In this document: positions 1 through 8,787 of the stretch, piece after piece | Position numbering within the stretch: position 1 is the stretch's first letter | How the letters are laid out: each line of letters opens with the position of its first letter | From: Candidatus Sulfomarinibacteraceae bacterium | GTDB lineage: Bacteria > Acidobacteriota > Thermoanaerobaculia > Thermoanaerobaculales > Sulfomarinibacteraceae | Assembly (NCBI GenBank): GCA_963823345.1 | Contig: CAWGLE010000013.1 | Coordinates: 542,517-606,516, forward strand | Reading direction: 5' to 3' | DNA length: 64,000 nucleotides | Program-made: the position numbers and the translations under genes | Notes under the pieces: model-generated | Seen by the model: only the letters and a program-made list of their open reading frames with translations | The model's database searches: none | Told to the model about the DNA's origin: nothing

Positions 1-344
1 ACCGCAAGCCGTGCCAGGGTTCTCCGGAGTTCGAAACCGTGGTGGGCTTCGCCAACCCCGGCGCGGATGCGGTCGAGGTGGTCCTCGATGTCCCCCATGA
101 GCTCGGCCGGTCCGTCATCATCGACGGCCGTGAGGCCTTCCTCCCCCATCGTCTCGAGGTGGAGGCAGGTTCGTGGCAGCAGTTTCGTCTGTCTCCACGG
201 CTCGACGCCACCGCCGACTGCGGCGGCGTCGAGAGCTTTCTCGTGAGGCTCGACCTCTCGGGCCCCCTGGCGGCGTACGCGTCGGTCGTCGACCGCAAGA
301 GCGGCGACCCGAGGACCGTAATGCCGGTTCCGCTGGCTCCGTAG
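1..344 (+). CDS. 3' end of a probable secreted/surface protein (likely truncated by the window edge)
   Basis: Open frame ends in TAG at 342-344. The C-terminal AYASVVDRKSGDP motif resembles repeat domains I recall from Thermoanaerobaculia surface proteins (unverified). Confidence 0.55.
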   Translation, partial: RKPCQGSPEFETVVGFANPGADAVEVVLDVPHELGRSVIIDGREAFLPHRLEVEAGSWQQFRLSPRLDATADCGGVESFLVRLDLSGPLAAYASVVDRKSGDPRTVMPVPLAP

Positions 345-355
345 CAGGGCGACGT

Positions 356-536
356 TTAACCCGCATTATTCACGATTCTTCTACTGCGAGGCGCGATCCG
401 CTGCGCGTGGCAGCGCTTTCTCGATTCGCTCGCTCGACGTACTGCGAGTACGCCTCCGCTCCCTCAACAACGAAATCGCCACCCCGCTTGCACCTCGCGC
501 CTCTCGCGACGAATCCTCGTGAATAATGCGGGTTAA
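356..536. mobile_element. MITE-like element with 20-bp perfect terminal inverted repeats
   Basis: TTAACCCGCATTATTCACGA (356-375) is the exact reverse complement of TCGTGAATAATGCGGGTTAA (517-536). Internal palindrome CGTACTGCGAGTACG. No credible coding content. Confidence 0.75.
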
Positions 537-868
537 GTCAGCGGCAGCGCTGACTGGCCCCGCGGTTTGACGATCCACTCGAGCCTGAACACGCCTTCGC
601 CGAGCGGGATGAGTTCAAAGTGCGGCGGCCGGAGTTTCTCCCAGCTGTCGAGCCCGTTGCGGACCAGGAAGATCCTGATCTGCGGCGAGCGGAGCTCCGG
701 TGACCCCTCCCAGAAGCTCGGAGTCAACGGGATCTCGGCGGGGTCTGAATGATCGGGCAGGTACACGGTGACGGTCGACCACTCCGGACGAAAATTGAGG
801 CTGAGGTCTTCCTCCAGGATACGAAGTCCGTACGTGCTGTGGCCGTCGTTCCACGCTGAAACGATCAT
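533..868 (-). CDS. hypothetical protein (111 aa)
   Basis: ATG directly follows the pfkA stop. Protein-like composition (SAWNDG...YGLRI; SFW...PELRS). The stop TAA lies inside the MITE terminal repeat. Confidence 0.7.
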   Translation of the reverse strand: MIVSAWNDGHSTYGLRILEEDLSLNFRPEWSTVTVYLPDHSDPAEIPLTPSFWEGSPELRSPQIRIFLVRNGLDSWEKLRPPHFELIPLGEGVFRLEWIVKPRGQSALPLT

Positions 869-1978
869 CTAAACCTCGGCCCCACCATCGTCCCCGAAAC
901 AGATCCCGAGATCCCTCGCCGTCAACATGGTGTCGCAATCCAACGGAACCGACTTCATGCGTTCGGTCGCCACCTCCAGCGGCACCGCGAGGACCGTCGG
1001 CGGGTCGAGCGCGACCATCACGTCGAATCGCCGCTCGGCCACCATGCGCACCGCTGCCGCGCCGAACCTCAATGCGAGCAGGCGATCGAAGGTCGTCGGG
1101 CCGCCGCCGCGCTGCAGGTGGCCCAGCACCACGGTACGGGTCTCCTTGCCGGTTCGTTCCTGGATCTCCCGGGCCACTTTCGCGCTGATTCCACCCAGCA
1201 GCTTCTCGCGGCCCTCACCCTGGTCCTTCGACTCCATCCCACCGCCGCGGGGGCGGGCCCCTTCGGCGACCACCACGATTGAAAAGCGGCGGCCGTGGGC
1301 CTCGCGGTCCATGATCTTGTCGCAGACGGACGCGATGTCGTAGGGAATCTCCGGGATCAGCACCACGTCTGCGGTCGCCGACACGCCCGAATGAAGCGCG
1401 ATCCAGCCGGCATACCGGCCCATGACCTCGACCACGAACACCCGTTCGTGGGCCTCGGCGGTCGAGTGGAGCCGGTCGATGGCCTCGGTGGCGACGGTCA
1501 CGGCGGTGTCGAAACCGAAGGTCACCACCGTGCCTGAGAGGTCGTTGTCGATCGTCTTGGGAACCCCGACGATCGGCATCCCCTTGGCGACCAGCCCGTT
1601 GGCGATCCGCATCGAACCGTCGCCGCCGATGGCGATCAGGGCGTCGATCTTGAGCCGACGGAAGTTCGCGATCACCTCGTCCGAGCGATCCACCAGACCG
1701 GTCCCGCCGCCGGGCAGCGTGACCGGGTACTCGAACGGGCTGTTGCGGTTGGTGGTACCGAGGATCGTGCCTCCGAGGTGGGTGATGCCGCGCACCGAGT
1801 CGCGGTCGAGCTGCATGATCTTGGAGGTGTCGAGGAGGCCTTCGTAGCCCTTGCGGATACCCAGCACCTCCCATCCCCGGCGCAGAGCGGCAAGCACGAT
1901 GGAGCGGATCACCGCGTTGAGCCCCGGTGCATCACCTCCGCCTGTGTTGACTGCGATCCTGCGGATCGATGAGCCCAT
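869..1978 (-). CDS. pfkA: 6-phosphofructokinase (PfkA family, probably ATP-dependent)
   Basis: Motifs TGGGDAPGLNA, GGTILGT, GGDGS, PKTIDND, EVMGRYAG, LGHLQRGG. Start placed at ATG 1978. Confidence 0.95.
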   Translation of the reverse strand: MGSSIRRIAVNTGGGDAPGLNAVIRSIVLAALRRGWEVLGIRKGYEGLLDTSKIMQLDRDSVRGITHLGGTILGTTNRNSPFEYPVTLPGGGTGLVDRSDEVIANFRRLKIDALIAIGGDGSMRIANGLVAKGMPIVGVPKTIDNDLSGTVVTFGFDTAVTVATEAIDRLHSTAEAHERVFVVEVMGRYAGWIALHSGVSATADVVLIPEIPYDIASVCDKIMDREAHGRRFSIVVVAEGARPRGGGMESKDQGEGREKLLGGISAKVAREIQERTGKETRTVVLGHLQRGGGPTTFDRLLALRFGAAAVRMVAERRFDVMVALDPPTVLAVPLEVATERMKSVPLDCDTMLTARDLGICFGDDGGAEV

Positions 1979-2026
1979 CACACCCCCAGAGATTCTCGGG
2001 TGAGTGTAGCGCATCGCCCGCCTGTG

Positions 2027-2069
2027 GACAACGTTAAACGTTGAAACGTTACAACGTTAGAACGTTGTC
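2027..2069. repeat. five tandem AACGTT palindromes
   Basis: GAC-AACGTT-A-AACGTT-GA-AACGTT-AC-AACGTT-AG-AACGTT-GTC, between the mdh terminator and pfkA. Confidence 0.8.
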
Positions 2070-2077
2070 TCGGCTAT

Positions 2078-2108
2078 GAAAGAGCCCCTCGCCGTTGGCG
2101 AGGGGCTC
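2078..2108 (-). terminator. intrinsic terminator of mdh
   Basis: Minus strand reads GAGCCCCTCGCC-AAC-GGCGAGGGGCTC followed by TTTC, about 20 nt after TGA at 2129. Confidence 0.7.
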
Positions 2109-2128
2109 GATCGGTAGACGACGGTCGA

Positions 2129-3140
2129 TCAGATATTGGCGAGCATCGTGTCCACCTCGCCGCAGGTCTTGCTGCACCGCGGTGATGGACTTGGCGAACG
2201 CCTCTTTCTCGGCATCGGTGAGGTCGATCTCGAGGACCTTCTCGACGCCGTTGGCGCCGACGATGGCCGGCACGCCGACGAAGAGACCCTTGACGCCGTA
2301 CTCGCCTTCGAGCTTGGCGCACACGGGGATGATCTTGCGTTTGTCGAAGATGATGGCTTCGGCCATTTCGAGGGCTGCCCACGCCGGCGACACGAAGGCC
2401 GATCCAAAGCCGAGGAGGCCGACGACCTCGCCGCCCGCCTTGCGGGTGCGGGTCTCGATGGCGGCCAGCGTCGCCTCGTCGAGGAACTTGGCGACCGGAA
2501 TGCCGCCGACCAGGCACGACGAACGCACGGGGACCATGTCGTCGCCGTGGCCACCGAGGACCATGGCGCTCACGTTCTCCACCGACACGTTGGCGGCCTC
2601 GGCCACGAAGTAGCAGTAGCGCCCCGAATCGAGCTGCCCGGCCATCCCGAAGAGCTTGCCCTTGGGCGGCGCCAGGGCCTTGTCCAACGTGTAGACGATG
2701 GCGTCGAGGGGATTTGCGATCGAGATGATGGTGGCTTTCGGGCAGTACTGCTTGATGCCCTCGGCGACCTGCTTGGTGACCTTGAGGTTGATGGTCAGGA
2801 GCTCTTCGCGGCTCGGGAAGGTGCCGTCCGGACGCGCCTTGCGCGGCACGCCGGCGGTGTTGATGATGAGCTCCGCACCGGCGATGGCGGAGTAGTCCTT
2901 CGAGCCCACGCACCGGACATCGGAGCGGATCGTCGGAGTCCCCTCCGCGATGTCGAGGCATTTGCCTTTGGAGACCGATTGTTTCTTGGTGACCTCCTGC
3001 CGCTCCGGCGGGTCGTCCGGGTTGACGAAGGGCGCCGGATCCACGAGCCCGACCTCGCGGGCCAGCCGGCGTTGGACGATCTCCTGGGTCAGCACGCCAC
3101 CGATGTATCCGCCGCCGATCAGACCGATCTTTTTGAGCAT
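2129..3140 (-). CDS. mdh: malate dehydrogenase, LDH-like type (apparent +1 frameshift near 2171)
   Basis: Motifs GLIGGGYIG, TAGVPRK..SREELL, IANPLDA, LDSGR, VLGGHGDDMVP. RBS AAGGAG precedes ATG 3140. The natural C-terminus (KTCGEVDTMLANI*) is in the adjacent frame and ends at 2129, just before the terminator. Confidence 0.9.
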
Positions 3141-3205
3141 GGTCATTCTCCTTCTACCGCTGCCGACCCGTTTCGGCCTTGTCCGTGGGGCTCCACGCGT
3201 CGGGC

Positions 3206-3223
3206 GTGTGAAAATTTGCACGA
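3206..3223. promoter_or_regulatory. possible Rex-type operator upstream of mdh
   Basis: GTGTGAAAATTTGCACGA matches the Rex consensus TTGTGAA-N4-TTCACAA with 3 mismatches; it is an AT-rich patch in GC-rich DNA. Confidence 0.35.
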
Positions 3224-3384
3224 GTCTTTCGTGCGGCAGAAGAATACCACTTCGCCGTCACATTGTGGAGTGCGAAATACGGACTGAGGATCTCCTCAAA
3301 CGAGCAAGTTTCAGTCCGAACCGCCTGCCCTCCCCCGGGAGAGGACGATGAGATCGAAGGATCGGGCGCGACGGGTCGCTCGAA

Positions 3385-4377
3385 TCACGTTGTGTCGGCA
3401 AACCACCGCCGGAGCCTCTCCAACCCGTCGTCGATGGTGATCTTCGGTTCATAACCGAGATCACGCCGGGCCGCCGAGATGTCGAACCAGTGGGCGGCGG
3501 CAAAATTGCGGGCGATGAACCTCGTCATCGGCGGCCCGTTTGGAAACGGCACGAAGCGCTCCACCGTTTCGAAGACCGCTCCCGCCGCCACCGCGAGACC
3601 GAGCGGCACCGAGCGCTCCTCCGGCGGCAGTCCGGCGGCGCCGAGGATCGCGTTGATGATCTTCTTGAGCGGCCACGGCTCGCCGTTGCTGATGAAGTAC
3701 GGACGCCCGGCGCAGGGCGCACCCGGCGCGAGTCGATCCGCCGCCAGTATGTGGGCATCGGCGGCGTTGTCGATGTAGGTCGTGTCCACGAGGTTGTCGC
3801 CGCCGCCGACGAATCGGAGGCGTCCCGACCTCGCCCTCTCGACCAGCTGCGGCACCAGGTTGGTGTCGTCGGGGCCCCAGATCAGGCGGGGGCGCAACGC
3901 GACCGTCGCCAGGGTGTCGTCGTTGGCCGCCAACACCATCATCTCGGCCATCGCCTTGGTCTGCGGGTAGGCGGCATCGAAGTGCTCCGGGTAGGGCTCC
4001 GATTCGTCGACGCCGGCGAGGTCGCCCCCGCGGTGAACCACGCTCGGCGTGCTGGTGAACACCAGCTTCGGGACACCGTGGCGGCGCACGGCGGCGAGCA
4101 CGTTCTCGGTGCCGACGACGTTGGTCCTCCGAAACGGCTCGAAGGCGCCCCACGGGTCGACCTTGGCCGCTGCGTGAAAGACGATGTCGCACCCCGCGAC
4201 CGCCCGGTCGACGACCGCGGGATCGGCGATGTCTCCCCGGATCTGTTCGACGCCGAGGACGTCGAGGCGTGGGTAAACGCCCCTCTGGAGCGAACGCACC
4301 GCATCACCGCGCTCCACCAGGCGGCGGACGACGGCACCGCCGAGGAAGCCGCCGCCGCCCGTGACCAGAGCCTTCAC
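3385..4377 (-). CDS. oleD: 2-alkyl-3-oxoalkanoate reductase OleD (extended SDR / 3-beta-HSD family)
   Basis: Motifs VTGGGGFLG, YPQTK, LRPRLIWGPDD. GTG start overlaps the oleC TGA (GTGA). Ole cluster context. Confidence 0.88.
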   Translation of the reverse strand: MKALVTGGGGFLGGAVVRRLVERGDAVRSLQRGVYPRLDVLGVEQIRGDIADPAVVDRAVAGCDIVFHAAAKVDPWGAFEPFRRTNVVGTENVLAAVRRHGVPKLVFTSTPSVVHRGGDLAGVDESEPYPEHFDAAYPQTKAMAEMMVLAANDDTLATVALRPRLIWGPDDTNLVPQLVERARSGRLRFVGGGDNLVDTTYIDNAADAHILAADRLAPGAPCAGRPYFISNGEPWPLKKIINAILGAAGLPPEERSVPLGLAVAAGAVFETVERFVPFPNGPPMTRFIARNFAAAHWFDISAARRDLGYEPKITIDDGLERLRRWFADTT

Positions 4378-6014
4378 CGGTCGATCCTCGGCGCGGCCCA
4401 CACGGCCAGGGCCGACCGCCCGATCTTCGCGTTGTGGCGGATGTCCACGGGGAATGCGGGGTGGAACAGAACGGTCTCGATCGCCCTCGTATGGTCGAAA
4501 CCGGCACCGATCCCCAGGAGTTCGGCCCGAACCCGCCGGTGTTCAGAGGGAGCGACCGTTCTTTCGAGCTCGACGCACAGCACGGGCTTCTGATCGCCGG
4601 GGTCGCCGACGCCCACCAACGCGGTGCGGAAAACGTCGGGGTGGGTATTGAAGACCGACTCGCACGGCACGGTGTAAAGGTCGCCGGCGGCCGTTCGCAC
4701 CCTCTGCGACTTCCGGCCGCAGAACCACAGACGACCGCTGTCGTCGAAGTAACCGAGGTCGCCCATGCGGTGCCGCACGCGGCCGCCGTCGTCGATCTTG
4801 GCCAGCGCGGTGTGCGACGGCGCGTTGAAATACTCGTGGGTCACCTGCGGCCCCTTGACCACGATCTCACCGATCTCTCCCACGCCGACCTTCAGACCGT
4901 CGCTCCACTCCCGGATCGGTCCATCGTCGATGGCGATCACCGCCGCCTCGATGGAGGGCACCGGTCTGCCGACGCAGGTGCCGGCGCCGCGATCGGTGGC
5001 GTGCCGGGTCTCGCTCAGGATCTCGCGGCTCGAGGTGGTCGCCACCGGCAGCGATTCGGTTGCACCGTAAGGGGTGTGGATCGCGGCGTCGCCGGTCAAC
5101 ATCGCCTGAAAGCGCTCGATGACCTGCGGCGACACCGGCGCACCGGCGGATATGACCCGACGCAATGTGGGCAACGTCACGCCGTGCCGGATGCCCCACC
5201 TCCCCACCGTGTCGAGCAGGGCCGGCGAACCGAACATGGTGGTGACGCCGAACTCGCGGATCGGTTCGATGATCTTCGCCGGATCGACACGCGCGGGCCG
5301 CGTCGGGTCCATGTCGGGCACCACCGTGGTCATCCCCAGGGCCGGGTCGAAGAGGGCGAAAAGCGGAAAGGTCGGAAGGTTGACCTCGCCGGGCTCGATG
5401 CCGTAGGCCTCGCGGATCGCCTCGACCTGGGCCGTGAAGTTGCGGTGGCGGTAGACCACACCCTTCGGCGGCCCGGTGCTGCCGGAGGTGAAGACGATGG
5501 CGGCAACGTCGTCGGCGGACGTCGCGGCGATCTCGGTCTCCGGTCTCGACGCTCCCAGTCTCTCCACCTTCTCGAGAGTCGTTCCGCCCCAGAACCACCG
5601 CCGGCCCACCGTTACCTTCGTCCGAACGGATTCGCGCGCCCACCCCAGAACCACCCGCGCGGCGTGGGCTTTCGACACTCCGATGAACGCCGCGGGCTGC
5701 GCATTGCCGAGACACGCCTTGAGGTGTTTGAGCCCGATCCCGGGGTCTACGAGCACCGGCACGGCGCCGGCCTTGAAGAGCGCGAAGGCGAGTGCGAAGA
5801 GATCGAGCCCCGGCGGCACCATCAACACCGTCCGCACGCCGCGGCCGATCCCGATCGACTCGAGACCGCGTGCGATGTGGTTGGTGCGTTCCTCCAGCTG
5901 CCGGTAGGTCAGCCGCCCGCCGCGCCGCCCCCACGGGCAGACTATCGCTGTCGCCTCCGGCTGCCTCGCCGCCATCTCCGGCAGGAAGTCGGCAATGTTC
6001 GATTTTTCAGTCAT
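4374..6014 (-). CDS. oleC: olefin beta-lactone synthetase OleC (AMP-binding family)
   Basis: Motifs FTSGSTGPPKGV, PTFPLFALF, TPYGATE, HRMGDLGY, PVDIRHNAKI. Confidence 0.92.
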   Translation of the reverse strand: MTEKSNIADFLPEMAARQPEATAIVCPWGRRGGRLTYRQLEERTNHIARGLESIGIGRGVRTVLMVPPGLDLFALAFALFKAGAVPVLVDPGIGLKHLKACLGNAQPAAFIGVSKAHAARVVLGWARESVRTKVTVGRRWFWGGTTLEKVERLGASRPETEIAATSADDVAAIVFTSGSTGPPKGVVYRHRNFTAQVEAIREAYGIEPGEVNLPTFPLFALFDPALGMTTVVPDMDPTRPARVDPAKIIEPIREFGVTTMFGSPALLDTVGRWGIRHGVTLPTLRRVISAGAPVSPQVIERFQAMLTGDAAIHTPYGATESLPVATTSSREILSETRHATDRGAGTCVGRPVPSIEAAVIAIDDGPIREWSDGLKVGVGEIGEIVVKGPQVTHEYFNAPSHTALAKIDDGGRVRHRMGDLGYFDDSGRLWFCGRKSQRVRTAAGDLYTVPCESVFNTHPDVFRTALVGVGDPGDQKPVLCVELERTVAPSEHRRVRAELLGIGAGFDHTRAIETVLFHPAFPVDIRHNAKIGRSALAVWAAPRIDR

Positions 6015-6051
6015 TGGTCAGTCTTCTCGTTCGGTTGCGACCCAAAAAGGA

Positions 6052-6490
6052 AACCACAGAGGCACGGAGACACAGAGTATTTCACAGAGAGAATAGTACG
6101 GGTCATCGCAGGGGCTCATCGCGGGTCGACGCACGAGCCTCGAATTCCCGGATCAACATTCCTGTAACAACGCTCGGCAGCCGGTGTTTCTCAACGCAAA
6201 GACGCAGAGACGCAAAGGCGCAGAGGGAGCGATACCAGAGTCAACACAATTACCTGGAGTGACACGGCGGCATCGAGTCCTCTCCTCGTCGATGACTGTG
6301 AGAGCGGTGAGGCCAGCGCTCTCCGAGAGCGCTGGCCGTTGGGATGGGGCGCCGCCGCGAATGCTCGCATTCGGCGCGGCGCCCCGTCCCGACGGTCCCC
6401 GGCCGCCACGTGGCGGCCGGGACCTCACCGCACCTTCGAGTAGCCGGCAATTCTCTGTGGAACCCTCTGTGTCTCTGTGCCTCTGTGGTT
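6052..6490. repeat. composite repeat island inside the ole operon, bounded by ~40-bp imperfect inverted repeats
   Basis: AACCACAGAGGCACGGAGACACAGAG... (from 6052) pairs with ...CTCTGTGTCTCTGTGCCTCTGTGGTT (to 6490). Contains an ACGCAAAGACGCAGAGACGCAAAGGCGCAGAG tract and a multi-hairpin element at 6304-6431. Confidence 0.8.
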
Positions 6491-6505
6491 CTTCGAACAC
6501 CGCAC

Positions 6506-7387
6506 TCATGGCGTTGAGTCGATGAACGCACGGATCAGAGGAATGATCTCCTCAGAGGCATCCTCGAGGATGTAGTGGCCACAGTCGTGGTAGCGGTGGA
6601 CCTCGGCGTCGGGGTAGACCTGCCTCCACACCTCGAGGAAGTGGTGATCGAAGACGAAGTCCCTGTCGCCCCAGCACACCAGCACGGGCCGGTCGCGGAA
6701 GACGTCGAGCCGTGCCGCCGTGTCCGACACGATGTCGTAGCCGCGATCGCCGGGTTTGAGGGGGACGTCCTGGACAAACCGCAGCGTCGCAATCCGGTCG
6801 TTCCAGCTGTCGTACGGCGCACAGTAGGCGTCCCGGATCTCGCTCGAGAGCTTTTTCCGCGTGACGGCGAGGTGGGACGCGCACCGGCTGAAGGCGTTGA
6901 ACCCGCGGACCATCAGCGGTCCCAGCGGGGTGCGGGCCAACCCCAGCTGCCACGGGAAGGGTTTGGACTTCGGGAGGTGGAAAGCCGCAGTGTTGAGCAC
7001 CACCAACCGCTTGATTCTCTCGGGATGGCGGACTGCCCAGGCAAGCCCGATCATCCCACCCCAATCGTGAACCACGAGGTTGATCTCGGCGAGCTCGAGC
7101 TCGTCCATCAAACGACCGAAGTCGGCGATCCTCCGGCTCATCGTGTAGTCGTAGCGGTCATCGCCCGGCTTGTCCGAAAGCCCGCAGCCGATATGATCCG
7201 GCACCACCACGCGGTGGTCCACCCTCAGATCGCGCACCAGATCGCGGTAGTAGAACGACCAGGTCGGGTTACCGTGCACCGCCACCACGACCTCACCCCT
7301 GCCCTCGTCGAGATAATGGAGCTTCAGCCCATCGAGGTCGAGCCGGTGGCTCTCGAAAGGGTAAAGGTGTTCGGCTATCTTCCGCAT
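6506..7387 (-). CDS. oleB: beta-lactone decarboxylase OleB (haloalkane dehalogenase-like alpha/beta hydrolase)
   Basis: Motifs HGNPTWSFYYR, PDHIGCGLSDKP, VHDWGGMIG (Asp nucleophile), GHYILED. Start MRKIAEHLYPF at 7387. Confidence 0.92.
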   Translation of the reverse strand: MRKIAEHLYPFESHRLDLDGLKLHYLDEGRGEVVVAVHGNPTWSFYYRDLVRDLRVDHRVVVPDHIGCGLSDKPGDDRYDYTMSRRIADFGRLMDELELAEINLVVHDWGGMIGLAWAVRHPERIKRLVVLNTAAFHLPKSKPFPWQLGLARTPLGPLMVRGFNAFSRCASHLAVTRKKLSSEIRDAYCAPYDSWNDRIATLRFVQDVPLKPGDRGYDIVSDTAARLDVFRDRPVLVCWGDRDFVFDHHFLEVWRQVYPDAEVHRYHDCGHYILEDASEEIIPLIRAFIDSTP

Positions 7388-7419
7388 CGTTTCATCCGGC
7401 GATTCGCGCCAGCGAATCG

Positions 7420-8436
7420 CTACCAGATCAACTCGGCCATGGTGCAGTTGATGCCGCTGCCGATGCCCAGGATGGCGATCCGCTGGCCGCGCACCAACCG
7501 CCCGGTCTCGGCGAGCTTCGACAGGGCGATGGGCACCCCCGCGGGCCCGACATTGCCGAAATCGGGGTACAACCGGAACACCTTCTCCATGTCGATACCG
7601 AGAATTCCGGCGAACTGCTCGGTGTGGACCTTGCTCACCTGGTGAACCACGAAGTGGTCGATGGCGTCGGCGGTCCAACCGAGGACCTCGGAGGCGCGGC
7701 CCCATGTGCGCACCGCCAGCTCCAACCCGGCCAGAAGCAGCTCTTTCGTCTTTGTCACCATGTGGTCGATATTGCCGGCGCACAGACGGCAGTGCTGGGT
7801 CGCGGCGAGGTTGACGCTCCCCATGAACGGATGACCGTCCGGTTCGAGGTCCGTCCGGCCGAGGACCATGGCCGCGGCGCCGGAGCCGAGAGTCAGTGAC
7901 GCGAAGTTCTCCCTGAAGGTCGTCTCGTCGATCTCCGGGTTCTGTAGCAGCTCGACCGTCGAGTCGGTGATCTGCCGGCTCGTCTCACCGTTGACCAGGA
8001 TGCCGTAGTCGATCTCGCCGCGGTCGATCATGTTGCCGACCATGTCCATGCCGTTGATGAAACCGAGGCACGCGTTGCCGAGATCGAAGTTCATGCAGGT
8101 TTCGGGCAGCCCCATCATCGAGTGGGCGATGCAGGCGGTGGAGGGTTCGAGGTAGTCCCGGCACACCGAGGTGTTGATGAGAATGCCGAGCCTCGAGCGA
8201 TCGATACCCGCCGCCGCGATGGCCTTCTCACCCGCCTTCGCGGCGACCTCGCTGGGCATGGTGCCCTCGTCCCACACCCGGCGCTCCAGGATACCCGAAA
8301 GGTCCCGCAGGAGGTCCGGTCGGATGCCGAGCCGCTTCATGGTCGGCGCCAACCTCTGTTCGATTTCCTCTGACGTGACTCGATGCGGCGCGTCCACATG
8401 GGCGACGCTGAGAACGGACACATTCCTGAAATTCAT
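7420..8436 (-). CDS. oleA: acyl-CoA condensing enzyme OleA (FabH/thiolase family)
   Basis: Motifs YLEPSTA (Glu), NACLGF (catalytic Cys), HQVS, GNVGPA, GIGSGINC. Confidence 0.92.
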   Translation of the reverse strand: MNFRNVSVLSVAHVDAPHRVTSEEIEQRLAPTMKRLGIRPDLLRDLSGILERRVWDEGTMPSEVAAKAGEKAIAAAGIDRSRLGILINTSVCRDYLEPSTACIAHSMMGLPETCMNFDLGNACLGFINGMDMVGNMIDRGEIDYGILVNGETSRQITDSTVELLQNPEIDETTFRENFASLTLGSGAAAMVLGRTDLEPDGHPFMGSVNLAATQHCRLCAGNIDHMVTKTKELLLAGLELAVRTWGRASEVLGWTADAIDHFVVHQVSKVHTEQFAGILGIDMEKVFRLYPDFGNVGPAGVPIALSKLAETGRLVRGQRIAILGIGSGINCTMAELIW

Positions 8437-8787
8437 TCTTCACTCCAAGAGCGCGCGCTCACCGGCACGTCTCGCCGGTGGCGGATTGCCTCAATCTCGC
8501 GGCGGGAAGGGTAACACCGCGCGCCGCGGCAAAAAAGGCGCAACGCGGCAAATATCTGTATTTGTCACACTTCGACGTCGATCAGGCCCGACTTCTCCAG
8601 ATCAATGCGAACACCAGCGCCTGGAGCGAACGGTCCAGGTTCTCCGGCGATCGAGCACGCGCCCCCTCTCGGATGGGCGATCAGCATACGAGGTCTCCGC
8701 GCCGCCCGGACCCCCGCCCGCTGGACGGCGGCACGGTCGGTGTGTCACCATCTGGACATCGTTTCAGGAAACGCCAAGGAGGATCTC

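Noticed and set aside
6304-6431. Cloverleaf element as a tRNA
   Set aside because: Too long, no TTC/T-loop or D-loop consensus, and no 7-nt anticodon loop.
6153-6525. Short ORFs in repeat regions (also 9647-10006, 26598-26994, 48729-49217)
   Set aside because: Their translations come from repeat arms (e.g. TQRRRDAK, SEIRNPK, GPRPTLR); no RBS or family motifs.
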